From: Octopus vulgaris
Taxonomy: Eukaryota
DNA length: 64,000 nt
NCBI GenBank assembly: GCA_951406725.2
Contig: OX597836.1
Location: 25,544,001-25,608,000, forward strand
Direction: 5' to 3'
Below the pieces are notes generated by a model, which had not been told where the DNA came from, did no database searches, and was given only the letters and a program-made list of their open reading frames with translations. Both the position numbers and the translations under genes were made by a program. Positions 42,940 through 58,576 of this stretch are shown here, piece by piece; position 1 is the first letter of the stretch; every line of letters begins with the position of its first letter.

Positions 42940-43192
42940 AAAAAGCGCTACAAGATATTTTCTGTTTCTGATCGTAAAATATTTCCCAGATGATTACAAG
43001 TATCAGCTGTTCAACAAAACTAACATAAAGGTAAGCCAGAGCTGCACAAAAAATAAAAATACATGTTAAGTGTCATTGTACTCGAATTGCAAGCAAGAAA
43101 AACCAAAAGAGTTGATATGGAATTACTAATGTTTAGAACTTTGCTTCTAAGAGGAGAAAAATGCTTAGGAAAAGCATTACATACATGCAGGC
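42940..43192 (+). mobile_element. Penelope-like element ORF remnant (linker preceding the GIY-YIG domain)
   Basis: RYFLFLIVKYFPDDYKYQLFNKTNIKVSQSCTKN resembles the PLE linker 'FL.LI.KHFP..H..KIFN.NT.KVSYSC.PN'. Then GEKCL and KSITY, resembling the start of GIY-YIG. Confidence 0.65.
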
Positions 43193-43348
43193 AAGCATAC
43201 ATACATACATACATACATACATACATACATACATACATACATACATACATACATACATACGTACATACATACATACATATGTATGTATGTTTGTGTGTGG
43301 GTGTGTATGGGTGTGTATGCACACCCATACACATGTATATACGCACAT

Positions 43349-43379
<31 letters not shown>

Positions 43380-43512
43380 ATATACACATATATATATATA
43401 TACAATTCCAAAAATACAAATGACACACCGCCATTGAAGCTGACTTAAATTTAGGTACACAACAATTAAGAAAAAGTTTATAAAAGCGTCTCTGTGTGCG
43501 TATGCGTGCGTT

Positions 43513-43569
<57 letters not shown>

Positions 43570-43750
43570 ATGTGTGCGTGTGTGCGTGTGTGTGTGTTGT
43601 GTATGGTGTGTGTTCCTGAAAATATATCCACCAATATTACAGTAACAAGCTGTATAATTCTCACAGAAAACATTGCTCAAAGCCGCCTGCGCTACAGCAA
43701 TAGCTCGTTTCCTCGTCAAAGCTTGAAGAACTTTGAAATAGATTTGGATA

Positions 43751-44144
43751 TCTTTATATATAAAAGAGAGGTTTTCTTTCTGTCTCCTACGATTTAGATT
43801 CCTAACTACTCCCATATTTTGCGGTGCAGTTTAACCAAAACCGGGTATCTTATAGTCGTGATTCATATCGAGCCCTTCTGGGTATTAGTGCGCGTCTACG
43901 ATGAGTCTACGATTAAAAAAAAATTACCATCATTTTTTTCCATTTTAATGCATTTTTTCGCTATTATATAAGGGAAGTAACTCTAAAAATGTCTACGATG
44001 AGTCAACGATTTTAAAAAAAAATTACCATAAGTTTTTTTCCATTTTTAATGCATTTTTTTGCTATTTTTTGGCTATAACTCTCTAAAAATGCTTATATAG
44101 TTATTTCCCTTACAAACCCGAGCAACGCCGGACGATACTGCTAG
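43751..44144 (+). mobile_element. Non-autonomous Helitron
   Basis: A|TCTTTATATATAA 5' end, subterminal hairpin ccgagcaacgccgg, CTAG|T 3' end, internal ~97-bp tandem duplication (43894-44066). Confidence 0.85.
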
Positions 44145-45073
44145 TCAAGAAATAAAGGGAAATCTACCCGTGCTACATGGGAATAATACATACGGTAACA
44201 GGATTTAGAAGGTCAACATCTTTCAGAGAAATATCATATTTTTTAGACCTGATAGGTACAAAGGTTTTGAACTCATAATGTAAGGAAATCGTAAAATGTG
44301 ATACGAGGGGGTGGGCTCATGAAATACAGCCGAGCACTTAAAACAACAAAGATAATAAGGTGCAGATCAGTAGCCAATGTTAGTAAAGAAATCCATATCG
44401 GGTATCATTGTTTGTTTGAAATTCTACAACTTACCAATAACATAGAATTTAGTTTCGTTTTTGCATTTGGTTTGCAAGAGTTTTGATGCGAATTCATTTG
44501 TTGAAACAAATCTTGTGTCTTGGAATGGGTCATTGTGCTAATAGAAATTAAATACACGCACTGGTTCAATACAACTTCTTTATTTTACCTAGTAACTATT
44601 CAACGATTCTTTAATGTACTAATTGAACCAGTGCGTGTGTTTATTTAATTTTTATTTGTATAATGACCTTCACTTGACACACACAAAAAGTTCAATGTGC
44701 TTAGGGTAGTTAGCAATGATAAAGAGTACCAAATAGAACATCACCGAAGAAAGCAGAGAGTTAGAAAGATATACACGTGTTTTGTTAGATGAATGAACAA
44801 GATCGAGAATATCAATGCGGTTGATGTTGTGACGGTTTTGGAGAGTTAGAAATATTTGGAAGTACAGACTTGGTGAGATCCAACCTATTGCGATTAATAT
44901 GGTTTTATTAATATAGGGCGCAATATCCAAAATCAGAAAGATAGATAAGAGTTCAATAAAAATAAAAGCACGTTTGATGGCAACGTTTTACCGAAATATT
45001 ATCGAACCAATAAGGGACCTCGATTATGTCACACGACCTACTATTGAGAGCAGACAAACAGATCTAAAATCAT

Positions 45074-45252
45074 ACTCATTTACTCATTTACTTGTTTCAG
45101 TCATTTGACTGCGGCCATGCTGGAGCACCGCCTTTAGTCGAGCAAATCGACCCCGGGACTTATTCTTTGCCGAACCGCTAAGTGATGGGGACATAAAAAC
45201 ACCAGCATCGGTTGTCAAGCAATGCTAGGGGGACAAACACAGACACACAAAC

Positions 45253-45304
<52 letters not shown>

Positions 45305-45468
45305 GACAGGCTTCTTTCAGTTTCCGTCTACCAAATCCACTCACAAGGCATTGGTCGGCCCGGGGCTATAGCAGAAGACACTTGCCCAAGGTGCCACGCA
45401 GTGAGACTGAACCCGGAACCATGTGGTTGGTAAGCAAGCTACTTACCACACAGCCACTCCTGCGCCTA
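45074..45468 (-). mobile_element. SINE family B copy
   Basis: Near-identical to 26213-26618 with a short internal deletion. Confidence 0.85.
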
Positions 45469-46568
45469 TACCATAATGTTTTAAAAATTAAGGAATTATT
45501 AGATAATACAGTACTAGATATACTAAGTTTCAATAAAAGACGGGATGGTCACGGGTAGATATTTTTGATCAAAGGTGTTCTTAATAAGGATTGACATCAG
45601 TTTAAGAACAACAACGATAGCGACCACAACAACCACCACTACTACGGCTACTACTGAACTAGCGTCACCATCTTAGAAATACTATATCAATTTTGATAGC
45701 ATCATACAAACTTGACAGCGACAGCCAGATGTTTATTTTGTAAATGAAGAAATTCTAGATATTCACAGAGTTGATATGAATTGCAAACAGGAGCTAAAAT
45801 GGTGCTAACGATGAGTAAAAATATACGTGATAGCCAGAAATATTAGGGGAATTATTAAAAAAAAGAAAGAAACACCTTGTTAAAGAGATATTATCAAAAT
45901 ATATCTAGGTAGGAGCATTATATTTGGGTAATGATATTATTGAAGGAATTCTGAGTAGTGATATAATTACGGACATCAGCGTTAAAGAATTATTAAAAAT
46001 ATCCAAGAAGATATATTAAAGAATAACTGAGTGAAGATATTATCAAAATATAATATGGCTAGGTGGAGATATTGCTAAAGAATTTCTTGCAGAGATATTT
46101 TTTTTATTGGAAATTATTTCCAATAAGGTGGCAAGAAAGCAATAATAAAACAGGCCTCAAGTAATAACCTAGTTTTGAGGGAGTTACAGAACGAAGCAGA
46201 AAAAGAAAAAAACACTTTAATTCTGTAAAACCCATAAAACGACCAGAAACGGTTTTATAAGAATCAATGTTTTATCATGTTGGGGAAAGAAGAAGAGAGT
46301 TCCATCAGGCAGATGTTAGAGAAATGAAACTTACGGCATAGGGACAAGAACAACGACGAAGGAAAATTAATAAAAAGGAGAGTCATTCGATTAATAAGCT
46401 TAAGAGGGGATGAAAATTTCGACAGGGCAAGAGATATGGCATTATGTCTTGAAGTAAGATGAAAAAAAAAATACTGTTCTGGCAAAAGGTGAGTTGTTGA
46501 GGTTCAGCTGACAAAACTCAGTTTTGAATTCGACGAAGAGAAGGATATAAAAGAGCAACCTTCATAGC

Positions 46569-46805
46569 GGTTGTAGGAAGTTTTACCGTAAACATTTTTG
46601 CCTCAGGAAAATTCATCGTAGAAAAAAAATTGCAGAGAAAAAAAAAACTGCTTTCTTGAAATGGCAATTTCAATTAGAAGAAGATAATTTTTTTCAAATG
46701 TGTTTTCTAGTTTACAGTCTGCTTGTGTATCTTCTTTATGGCGAAAATTCCTTTATGGCGAAATTTCCCACGGCAAAAACGTTTATGGTGAATTTTCCGG
46801 ACACG
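46569..46805. mobile_element. MITE with termini built of 15-bp subrepeats, inserted in the LINE remnant
   Basis: ggaagttttaccgta-aacatttttgcctca-ggaaaattcatcgta is mirrored by tatggcgaaatttcc-cacggcaaaaacgtt-tatggtgaattttcc. Confidence 0.55.
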
Positions 46806-47372
46806 CTGCATTGTGGCTGATTCAGCAACACATCTTATATAAACATTCCAAGTTCTTTTAAACAAGTTAAATGTAAAAGAAACGCTAAAGTGATTTGGGA
46901 AGAACAGCATCAGATAGGGAAAGGAATATTACCAGAGTTCCTGAAACGATTGAATTTGTACTAAAAGATGAAAGTTACCTCAATCAATCAACAAATGAAA
47001 GTAACTCTATCAGTCAACAAAAACTGACAATTTCTAATTGGTCCAATGACTCAGTTTTCTCATTCAAGCAAGAATAGAAAGAAGTGCCATCAGAAAAGAT
47101 AGCCGAGTTAAAGATATCCATGTGATTATTAATAAAACTGAGAGCAACTGCAGACCAAGAATAGAATCTCGAAGAACATCAATGGAGACGAGGAAAGTAG
47201 AAGAAAGATGGTCGGTAAAAACAGCTCTGATATCATCTTCAGCCTGGAAAAGATTAAAAAATTGTAAGAATCCATCTTCCAAGCAATTTCGCATGACATA
47301 AGTCTGTGAAGGAGACGACCAAGTCAAAGCCTGTCAAATGCTTTCACTGTGGCAGCGGTATTGTTGCAAGGA

Positions 47373-47611
47373 AAGGCGGCGAGCTGGCAGAATCGTTAGC
47401 ACGCCGGGCGAAATGCTTAGCAGTATTTCGTCTGCCGCTATGTTCTGAGTTCAAATTCCACCGAGGTCGACTTTGCCTTTCATCCTTTCGGGGTCGATTA
47501 AATAAGTACCAGTTACGCACTGGGGTCGATATAATCGACTTAATCCGTTTGTCTGTCCTTGTTTGTCCCCTCTGTGTTTAGCCCCTTGTGGGTAGTAAAG
47601 AAATAGGTATT
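47373..47611 (+). mobile_element. SINE family C (tRNA-headed, Meta-domain-like), full length with 16-bp TSD
   Basis: Central 'gactttgcctttcatcctttcggggtcga...aagtaccag' resembles the MetaSINE domain. Direct repeats ggtattgttgcaagga at 47357-47372 and 47606-47621. Interrupts a LINE RT remnant. Confidence 0.9.
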
Positions 47612-48099
47612 GTTGCAAGGATACTTTCTTCATCACAGACATCTAACGGAAGGTAGAACCGTTCTCTTATCGCAGTCAGAAGACCATCCGTGGAACACTA
47701 GGTAGTGGTTCCAGATGTAAAACAAGAACCTGATTGATCAAAGACTCAAAGACCTTTCTAAATACGGGGGAAAGACTGATTTGGATGGTAGTTATGAGAA
47801 TGAGAACGTTCGCAAGAGTTTTTTGAAACAAGAAAAACAGGCTGGAAAAGACTCGGCTAAGCATTCGAAGAGTCTAAGATACAAGATTAGAAAGTTCAGG
47901 AGAGAATCTTTTGCAATACATTAGCAAGAATATTATCGTAAGCCATATAAGTGCTGGGCGGAGAAATTACATTCGCCACGGGTTTGAAAATTACGCTGAA
48001 GTTAGATAAAGAAATATCACATCGACAAGGATAGAATAATTGTAAAGCAGCCGAGAAAACGATTTCATTTTATCTTTAAAAAAAGTCAGTACTTAGTTA

Positions 48100-48692
48100 C
48101 CAGTGAAGAAGAGAGGGATACTAAATTTACCATTATTAACTGCACGACTATAACATTTCTAAAGCTTCTGCAGATCAGATTTTGAGAAGCAATACGGGAG
48201 ATATTCCGCTCCACATTAAGAGATTTTTTTGTCTGCAAGAATAGTCTTGCAGTGCTTCCTCGCTATAATGGGAAAAGTATTCTTGGGTGGAAATATTATT
48301 AAAGATTAATTGGTCGATAAGTTATATTCTTAGAACAGATATAAATGTAACCAAAATGCAGACAAGATACATAATTTCATAGATGTAATTATTTAATAAA
48401 CAAAAAGACAAAAAGGTTATGAGATCAGTTTTAGAAGTACTAAAGAAACACGATACAAAATACGTTGATATTTGAACATTATATAAAGGGATAGCATTAT
48501 TGTGTGCTTAATAAGAATATCTGTCAAACATGTTATTTCGAGTTAACGTTGACTGATAATTAAAAAAAAATAAAAACTAGAAAAGCAGACGACAACTGTT
48601 GTAGATGACGCAGACGATATCCGGCGTCTACTCGACATATTCCAACAAATCATCGGCAGCCATGACATTATGATCAGCAAAAACAAACGAAG
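48100..48692 (+). mobile_element. Possible highly degraded RTE-type RT remnant
   Basis: ADD followed (frameshift) by [25 protein letters not shown], resembling the post-YADD helix. Confidence 0.3.
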
Positions 48693-49054
48693 AACACACA
48701 CACACACACACGTACGCACACGCACGCACACACACACACGCACGCGCACACACACACACACACACACACGCACACACACACACACGCACACACACACACA
48801 CACACACATATATGTTTATGAATTTGTGCGTGTTTATTTGGCAAAAGGAAAAAAATGACCATTCCGAAACATAATGGGTGTGTGTGTGTAATTAATGGTG
48901 TACTTTATAACATTAATAATGAATTCATTCGCCATATTTTCACGTGAATATATCACTATATTTGTAACACACGAACCATCCAACTACACATTGGTTAAAC
49001 CTGCTAGAAGTATCAATCAAACCCTCACCGAACGCACACTAATGCTTGAGCAAT

Positions 49055-49088
49055 GAAAGAAAGAAAGAAAGAAAGAAGGAAAGAAGGA

Positions 49089-49128
<40 letters not shown>

Positions 49129-49147
49129 AGGAAGAAAGAAGGAAGAA

Positions 49148-49183
<36 letters not shown>

Positions 49184-49270
49184 AGGAAAGAAAGAAAGAA
49201 AGAAAGAAAGAAGGAAAGAAGGAAGGAAGGAAAGAAAGAAAGAAAGAAGGAAGGAAAGAAAGAAAGAAAA
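49055..49270. repeat. (GAAA)n/(GGAA)n polypurine tract
   Basis: Read directly. Confidence 0.95.
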
Positions 49271-49719
49271 GATGTTGCATGATGTAGTTCAAGATCTGTG
49301 TGACAAAACATACTGAGTGAAAAGTGACGAATGAGATTATAGTGTTGATCATAAGTTTGCTGGATCAGAACAGGCGTGATTTTAACAACGATAACAGAGA
49401 GAAGAATTGATCTCGGATGAATAGTTCAAGCAAGAAAACACATCAGAAGAAGCTGGCAAAATCGTTCTATGAAGTTTGGAAATAGACAAAGAGAAGGAAT
49501 TAATTATGGTGTGCCTTCTACCTTGGCATCTATCAGCACAATAGCAATAACTATGATTACTGATTTGGGTAGAAGGTCACCCGGTTCAAGAGAAGAAGAG
49601 AACTCAGCATCTGAAGAACCGGAAAATAGAGCGCAAAGCATTTTGCCAGACGTTCTTACGATTCTGGCTAATAATGACAAAAAAAAAAAAAAAGAAAAGA
49701 AAAGAAAATGACAACCATG

Positions 49720-50782
<1,063 letters not shown>

Positions 50783-50791
50783 CTTATCATC

Positions 50792-50838
<47 letters not shown>

Positions 50839-51348
50839 AAACAACAACGGGGAGATGTAGTTATGGGAAGAAATCGTACGATACATGTATGGCTAGACGA
50901 CTCGATATGAAATTGGACAAAGAAACCACCAAGAAGAAAAAGCTAATCAAGAACGCTGTTATTAAATATAGAAAAATTGATAAGAGAATTGGAAGAGAAA
51001 CAGACTTTCAAGTCAGAAAGAATCGATGAATTACACAAAATACAACACACATAAAAGGAAAGACTAGGTCACTTATGAATATAATAGACACATCAGATTA
51101 ATAGCGAAACCAGAAGTGGATATAAAATATAAGCTAATAGGCGTAAACACACTAGATGTGTTAGTAATAAGTTAGAGTTATACTAGTAATATTTATAACT
51201 TGATGTTGAATCATCGAAAAAAAAAAACTAGACAAAAATGTCTCCGTTAAAAATTCAGCTTCCAAAATCTGTCATGGAAAGATTATGGTGCTTACGACGA
51301 CGGACGTAGGAAGAGGGATGTCATTGTCCACAATATGATATTACGAAA

Positions 51349-51580
51349 GGGCGGCGAGCTGGCAGAAACGTTAGCACGCCGGGCGAAATGCGTAGCCGTA
51401 TTTCGTCTGTCGTTACATTCTGAGTTCAAATTCTGCCGAGGTCCACTTTGCCTTTCATCCTTTCGGGGTCGATAAATTAAGTACCAGTTTCGCACTGGAG
51501 TCGATGTCATCGACTTAATCCCTTTGTCTGTCTTTGTTTGTCCCCTCTATGTTTAGCTCCTTGTGGGTAGTAAAGAAATA
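51349..51580 (+). mobile_element. SINE family C copy
   Basis: Homology to 47373-47611. Confidence 0.85.
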
Positions 51581-51592
51581 AATATGATATCA

Positions 51593-51665
<73 letters not shown>

Positions 51666-51939
51666 AGAATTGAACCAAGCACAGTTTTTCAAAACCAATG
51701 AACTAAACAGGACACAAAATACTCCAAAGGTATTTTCATTCTAATAGCTTCTTTCCTTGAGCTGCTGTTCCCCGGGACTTACTACCATCGTCTTGTTTCC
51801 CTCTGGCATACAATATTCCCCCTTCAAGCTTTTTGTTAATGAACATCTTTTGAATGTATAGACTGTCTTAACCTCCCTTGTTGAACCTTACGCTACAGTG
51901 GATTCAAGCCTTGTTTGGAACAAATTCATTAAAAATCAC

Positions 51940-52305
51940 ATATACTTTGGGCATATACCAATCTACTCGGAGAGAAAGATCAAGACTAAATTACCAGATA
52001 TCGTCATCAAGGACCAACGAAATAACAATTGCTTTCTTGTCTATTAATCCTAACTAGTGGTAACAGAACGTGGAAAGAAATGGAGAATTTGATCATATAT
52101 GAAGATTTGGGACTAAGAGATAATTGTTAGATGGTTTGTAAAAGCAGAACAACGCCTGAAATAATGGCAATGATAGAAAAATAGTTATACCATTCAGACA
52201 AACGCATTACCAAGCACCAGGACTTACAGACATGTATAGCTCTGTCGAAAAAATTTCACAGCAAAGCACTAGACTTACATTGAAGAGAATATTTACAATG
52301 TACAG
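51940..52305 (+). mobile_element. Degraded R4/Dong-type endonuclease fragment
   Basis: IKTKLPDIVIKDQRNNNCFLV motif followed by degenerate K..YEDL. Confidence 0.55.
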
Positions 52306-52443
52306 CATTCATATAAACGAAATCAAAAGAAAATAATGCAGATACCCTAGGCAAGAAAAGTTGCACTCAGGAGTGCAGAGAAAGGACAGAATGAAAAAAA
52401 AATCAATAGGAATAATAATGATGATGATGATGATATTATTATT

Positions 52444-52517
<74 letters not shown>

Positions 52518-52732
52518 TAGTAATAATAATCTTTTTTGTACACGAGTATGGAATATGTGAAGGCTGGATTCGTGACACTTCTTACGATCAATTTCATAAT
52601 TACAATAGAAAAAAAATAGAAAGAGGAAATAATATGTGCGTGCGCCTGTATTTATATGCATGCATAATACACACACACATACACACATACACACACACAT
52701 CTATATATACATACATATATACACGCACAAAC

Positions 52733-52786
<54 letters not shown>

Positions 52787-53317
52787 GCAAACATTCACAG
52801 ACGTCAGCATCTTCACACGAACTGATATTTCTAAACGTATAGGGAGAAATGTATATATGCATATATGCATGCATACATACATACAAACATAATGCATATA
52901 AACATACATGCATGCATATATATATATGTATTAATAATAATGATATTTAAATATAAAAAAGACATATATACATATATGGTTGTGTGTATGTTTGTGTGTG
53001 TGTATGTGTGCATATACATGTATATAAAAGACGCAAAGGGAACTATACATGCATTATGTAACTATATCACACGAGTATACACATGCAAATACACCGTCCT
53101 ATATACATATATATTCATACATATACATATACATATGTATATATATATATATATATTCACACATATACATATGTATATATAAATATATATAAATATATAT
53201 GCATGTATGTGCATAAATATATATATATATATTTACATATATATATGCGTATAAAGGTATGCATGTATGTATCTAATTATATATATATACACACACATAT
53301 ATACACATACATATACA

Positions 53318-53374
<57 letters not shown>

Positions 53375-53713
53375 TATAGACATATACATGCATTCGCACA
53401 TATACAGTCATACGCAGGTACATACACACTTACAGTTACACATATGCACACATGTATACCTACATAAATATATGCACACACACACACACATGCACATATA
53501 TATCCATATATAATTTCGTTGCGTGCATGTATAAGCAACGAAACAGTACATGGGTACTGCACAAATCTCTATTCATCTCTTCGTGATGTTGAAAGAAAGA
53601 AAATATTCTCTTTCTACACTGGGAAAGGATATAAGATGATCGTCATTTGTAATGTAATCTGGTGAAAGTTTCATTGTAACACCTCTATATACGCACATGC
53701 ACATACATATACG

Positions 53714-53811
<98 letters not shown>

Positions 53812-53849
53812 TATAGATATATATATGGTAGAATATACGAGAATACATT

Positions 53850-53963
53850 ATTAATCACGACAATTGTTTCGATATATCTGGTATCGATCCCTCACGGGTG
53901 GGGCACTCAACGACTGGTTCAGGAGTATCCGGTGGTGCAGATGTATCTCGTCGGGTGATAAAT
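53850..53963 (-). ncRNA. Type I hammerhead motif with long stem II insertion and U4C core variant
   Basis: Minus strand: AUUUAUCAC-CCGACGA-GAUACAUCUG...CAGAUAUAUC-GAAA-CAAUUG-UC-GUGAUUAAU, in an island flanked by (TA)n on both sides. Confidence 0.65.
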
Positions 53964-54120
53964 AGACTCGTTAAAATACAGACGATACAGTTCCGCAATG
54001 TATCTTTCTCGTTTCGTAGAAAGAAAAGCAGCGAAACGGAGGAAATATCGGCATTTATATAGATCAAAAATAAAATCATCGATGCAAAAAAAAAACGAGC
54101 ACGCAATACAGCAAGAAAAG

Positions 54121-54213
<93 letters not shown>

Positions 54214-55363
54214 GCATGTATATACACACATATTTATATATATATGTATATATATACATTCATATATACATACAAACATATATATATATATCTATGTATG
54301 CATTCGCACACGTACACATCTAACCCCCCACATATACACACACTCATTTTCACAGAGATTTATTTATGAATTGATGCTAGGACATGAACGTACGAACAAA
54401 TATATGTGTGTATGTATTTATGTCGGCATTATGCACTTATGAATGCATCGATGTAGGTGTTTGTGTGTGTGTGTGAGAGAGTGTGTTTGTGTATGTGTGC
54501 GGAGGTACTTGGTAATAAATTCCCTAAAGATCTACTGTTCAGTTCTCATGAGAGTTTCTTACCACACACATACACACACGCAAATTTATACACACACACA
54601 CATAAATGGATGCATACACAGATGCTTGTGTGTATGTCAGTGCTTGCGTAATACAATTGTATCTATATATTTACAAACATAGAACACCACACACCTATAA
54701 AAGCATATAAACATATATAAACATATACATACACACCCATATTTATCTAACTACATATATATATATGTATATTTATATATATGTGTGAGTAAATATATAT
54801 ATATATGTGTGTATATATATACACACATATATATATTCACTCTCTAAATTCTTCTATCCCTCTGCCTATACCTCTCTCCTCTCTCTCCACATGATCGGTG
54901 TTCGGCCAAGCCTGACCTTTCTTTCTTGGTTCAACTACCATCCGTGCAACATTTATATTCCTCCCCATGTCTGTCATCTCTTATGTACCTACCGTAAAGC
55001 TTCACTTCCACACAATGCCAGCTTAATTGAATTCGTCCTTAGTCGAAAGACACCAGTTGTTAATGTCCTGATATTTGCATTTGTATCATTTCTCCGTTTT
55101 TTTTCTTCAGTCCTTGTTTTCGTATACATTCACTGATTTATTCCAAGGAATTTAGTGCTGCTAGCTTAGATTTTTCTTTAGGCCAGATTGGAGCAATCTC
55201 GAGTATATCAAGCCGAAATTGCAAAGATAATCTGGAACTCGACTGAGGAAAAAAAACTCCGGATGACCCGTCCCTGTTCTTTCTTGGCTCTTTTTTGTAT
55301 CATCTAACTCTCTGGATGTTTTGCGTTCTTGTCCCATTTTTGTATTCCTTTATATATATATAT

Positions 55364-55419
<56 letters not shown>

Positions 55420-55479
55420 CTATATATTTACGTTAATATTATTATACATAAGCTATTTCATGTATATTTAATTTGCAGA

Positions 55480-56060
55480 TTTTTGTCGAGGTGTCTCCTC
55501 AAATCTCAAGAAACCCTCTTAAGATTCTTGCTGAATGCACAATGGCACCATCGTAGGTTGGCGATGCATATAAGAATCACAGCATTTTGCTGCCTCTTTT
55601 ACAGTAGTTTATGTGTTGCGCCAAACGCGTGACCATTTGTACAGGAACAACTGTCATCTTTGTAATCGAAGATACTTCGCCTCTCGAGCCATGTCCCGAT
55701 ATTTCTTATTTTCTCAGTCTTCTACAATATTGTCTCTTACCTTGGCGTTTGATTGTTTTTCTTTTCTCTTTCACGAACACATCTGATATCCTAATTTCAA
55801 ATGTGTTGTCAGTCTGGTTAGGGAAATCCTATAAATTCCACTAACCAGCAATCTTCATCACAGCACTGCTTCGTGTTTATACTAATTTCCCGGCACTTTC
55901 ATTCTACAAACTGGACTAACATATCGATGCAGTTTTTCTTGTAACTGACACAATAATGCCTGTGCTTATACTCTTTTTGCGCTAGAATACTGCACTCACT
56001 TAGAGATATTTAATACTTTTGTCTCCTTTCCCTCAAATTCTACATTTGCTTTGTGGTGGC
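55480..56060 (-). mobile_element. Degraded R4/Dong-type CCHC plus endonuclease fragment
   Basis: SKCRI, ECSILAQKEYKHRH, *DFPNQTD and ARILRGFLEI* occur in the expected order on the minus strand. Confidence 0.65.
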
Positions 56061-56263
56061 GATTTCATCGATCTTCGTATTTATCAAATTCGCTGAAACT
56101 GCTTGATTCAGTCGCTCGTTTCCGGTTCACATCTATCGACAACAACAATTCTTCTTCACTTACAACAGTCTCAGTAATCCTCCTCCTCCTCCTCCTCATC
56201 ATCATCATCATCATCCCCATCATCATCATTATCATCATCATTATCATCATTATTATTATTAAT

Positions 56264-56298
<35 letters not shown>

Positions 56299-56300
56299 TA

Positions 56301-56356
<56 letters not shown>

Positions 56357-57097
56357 GTTATTATTATAAGCTGAAGCCTCTGTAATTGTTACTCTGATTT
56401 TTTCGGAACTGCTTCCTCTAAAGATCTAATGATAAAGTGAGAGAATGTTCTTAAGAGAAAAGAGGAAGAAGGAACACATATTCGTAGAAAAAATACAAAT
56501 TAATCTACACACACACACACACAGAAATACACACATATACACAAACAAATTCACATATGTATATATATATATATATTTATATATATATACATACACATAT
56601 ACATATATATGTGCACACACATATACACACACACACATATATATATATACATATATGTGTATAAGTTTTTAGTGTGTGTGTGTGTGTGTGTGTGTGTTGA
56701 TAATGTCTTTATATGGCTTTTCTACACAACACACAACTCTGAAGTATACTACACGCCTCTATAAACAATATCGTTGCTGTTGTTGTTCTTGTTGTAGTCG
56801 TTGTTGCTGTTGATGTTGTTGTTGTTGCTGTTGTAGTTGTTTTATCCTTCCAGCCAGGACTAATCTTTTTCTTACAATACTGCTATATTACATGAAATAA
56901 TCCATATTCGTTCACTAACGAGATAGACTTATGAATATTAATGCGATCTGGCACGAATATAGAAGTTAGTATAAATAGTAATGGCTGGAGTTACTAATAT
57001 AGATGTTAGTGTATAGTAAATAGCTTGTAAATAAATATATAGGGTGATTGCTGGAACGACAACATCGCCAACACTTCTATAGGAAATAAAGTTACGT

Positions 57098-57338
57098 TTG
57101 TAATAAAGATTGTTTGCCAACATAACATGACAGTCCTGGTTTAGGATGAATGTTGCTGTAATTTAGCCCCAGGGAACATTGTCTCCAGTTGGCTGTACGA
57201 CACGATTTGTGTCCTATATTTTTGAACAGATCGTGTCTTATAGCCAGCTAGAGATGATGTCTCCTGGGGCTAAATTACAGCAACATTCGTCCTAAACCAG
57301 GATTGCTATGTTATGTTGGCAAACAATCTTTACTACAA
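57098..57338. repeat. Imperfect hairpin with ~110-bp arms
   Basis: aaagattgtttgccaacataacat...gacacgat and atcgtgtc...atgttatgttggcaaacaatcttt. Confidence 0.85.
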
Positions 57339-58576
57339 GGTACTGTTGCTGAATATCGCTCTTTGTGAGATTTAAAAATAGTAATTTTCTAAAGTTGTGC
57401 CTGTCGTTCATAAATGATAGATGTTACGGAGCAATGAACGACTTGGTTATGCTGACACAAGAGCTAGAGACGGAGGAGGAGCTAATAAAAGAAATATCAG
57501 TAATATACTGAGGGATGTTGGTAGACTGGCAGAATATTTAGGGCGTCGGCTAAATGCACTGTCGTATGGCAGTTCTATATTTTACCCGCTGAGCTGAAAA
57601 ACCTGCCGCGTTTTACTTGCCTTTCACCCTTAAAGCATCAATGAAAATTGTATCTTCTCATTCTGTCTCAATTTATTGTTCTGTGCCTAGATTAGATGGC
57701 GGTGATTATCCCGCGGAAAATTGGCGAAGTCATTAGAAAGCCAGGTGAAGTGGTGTTTATTGTAGTTGTCTGCGATCTGAGTTCAAATCTTTCCCAAGTC
57801 AACTTCGCTTCTTATTCTTCATGTGTCTCTTTCTCACTACATGTACCAAATCAGTTTACTTGGTCGAAAGGTGACTTCCTTTATCCTTAACTTTCAGAGG
57901 CTGTGATATCGCTGTTAAATCTTCCCAAATGGCACCTATCGCTCTAAATAAAGATCATCTTTATGTTAGGTATGTTTGCCATCTCAATATGGCTAACCAC
58001 TAAGGGTGGGTGTTACTGTAGCGTATAGCCCCAGGAGAACATCGTCTCCAGCTAGCTATTGACACATTTTCTGTGCCCTATCGGTATTTGCAAAGGGAGG
58101 TCATCCTTCACTCGTCAACCTAAGTGATACGCACGGACTACAGTTTCTAGGTATTGATCTAGTTCAGAGATTTATTATTTCATCTTTATGTTGTCTTTTT
58201 CTAAATGTCTGAGTTAGACGAGGGTCAGTGAGTAAGACCATTTCTAGAGGAACCCTATCTAAATAGCACATACACAAAACAACATTGCCGTACAAAACAA
58301 TAAGTTTAATCCGTCACAGCTAGTACCAGTCTTTACTAGGTTACCAATTACCGACAGAACGAACTAAAACAAACTACAAAGAATACGAAACTGGTTAATG
58401 TGAATCCAGCTCACCGCCCTATATATATTGTGCACTCTATCGTGTTCTGTCATGCATGTGATCTGCCGTGAAAAACTGCCTTAAATGAAACCGCTTCGTG
58501 TTGCAAAAAAAACCCAAAAAAGGTTGAGGTCCGCAAATCTAAAACACTATTACAACGCCGTCTTAATAACATTCTG

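Larger units (their letters stand above)
46200..47880 (-). mobile_element. Degraded CR1/L2-group LINE reverse transcriptase remnant, interrupted by a SINE and a MITE
   Basis: ISLSPVFRKVFESLIN..LHLE, KAFDRL..LLHRL, DVLRDSILG (QGSILG-like), TWNVYI..AESA and WNSL in collinear order. Confidence 0.75.

Noticed and set aside
47306-47581. Recurrent peptide '[18 protein letters not shown]...' as a gene family
   Set aside because: It is the chance translation of SINE family C.
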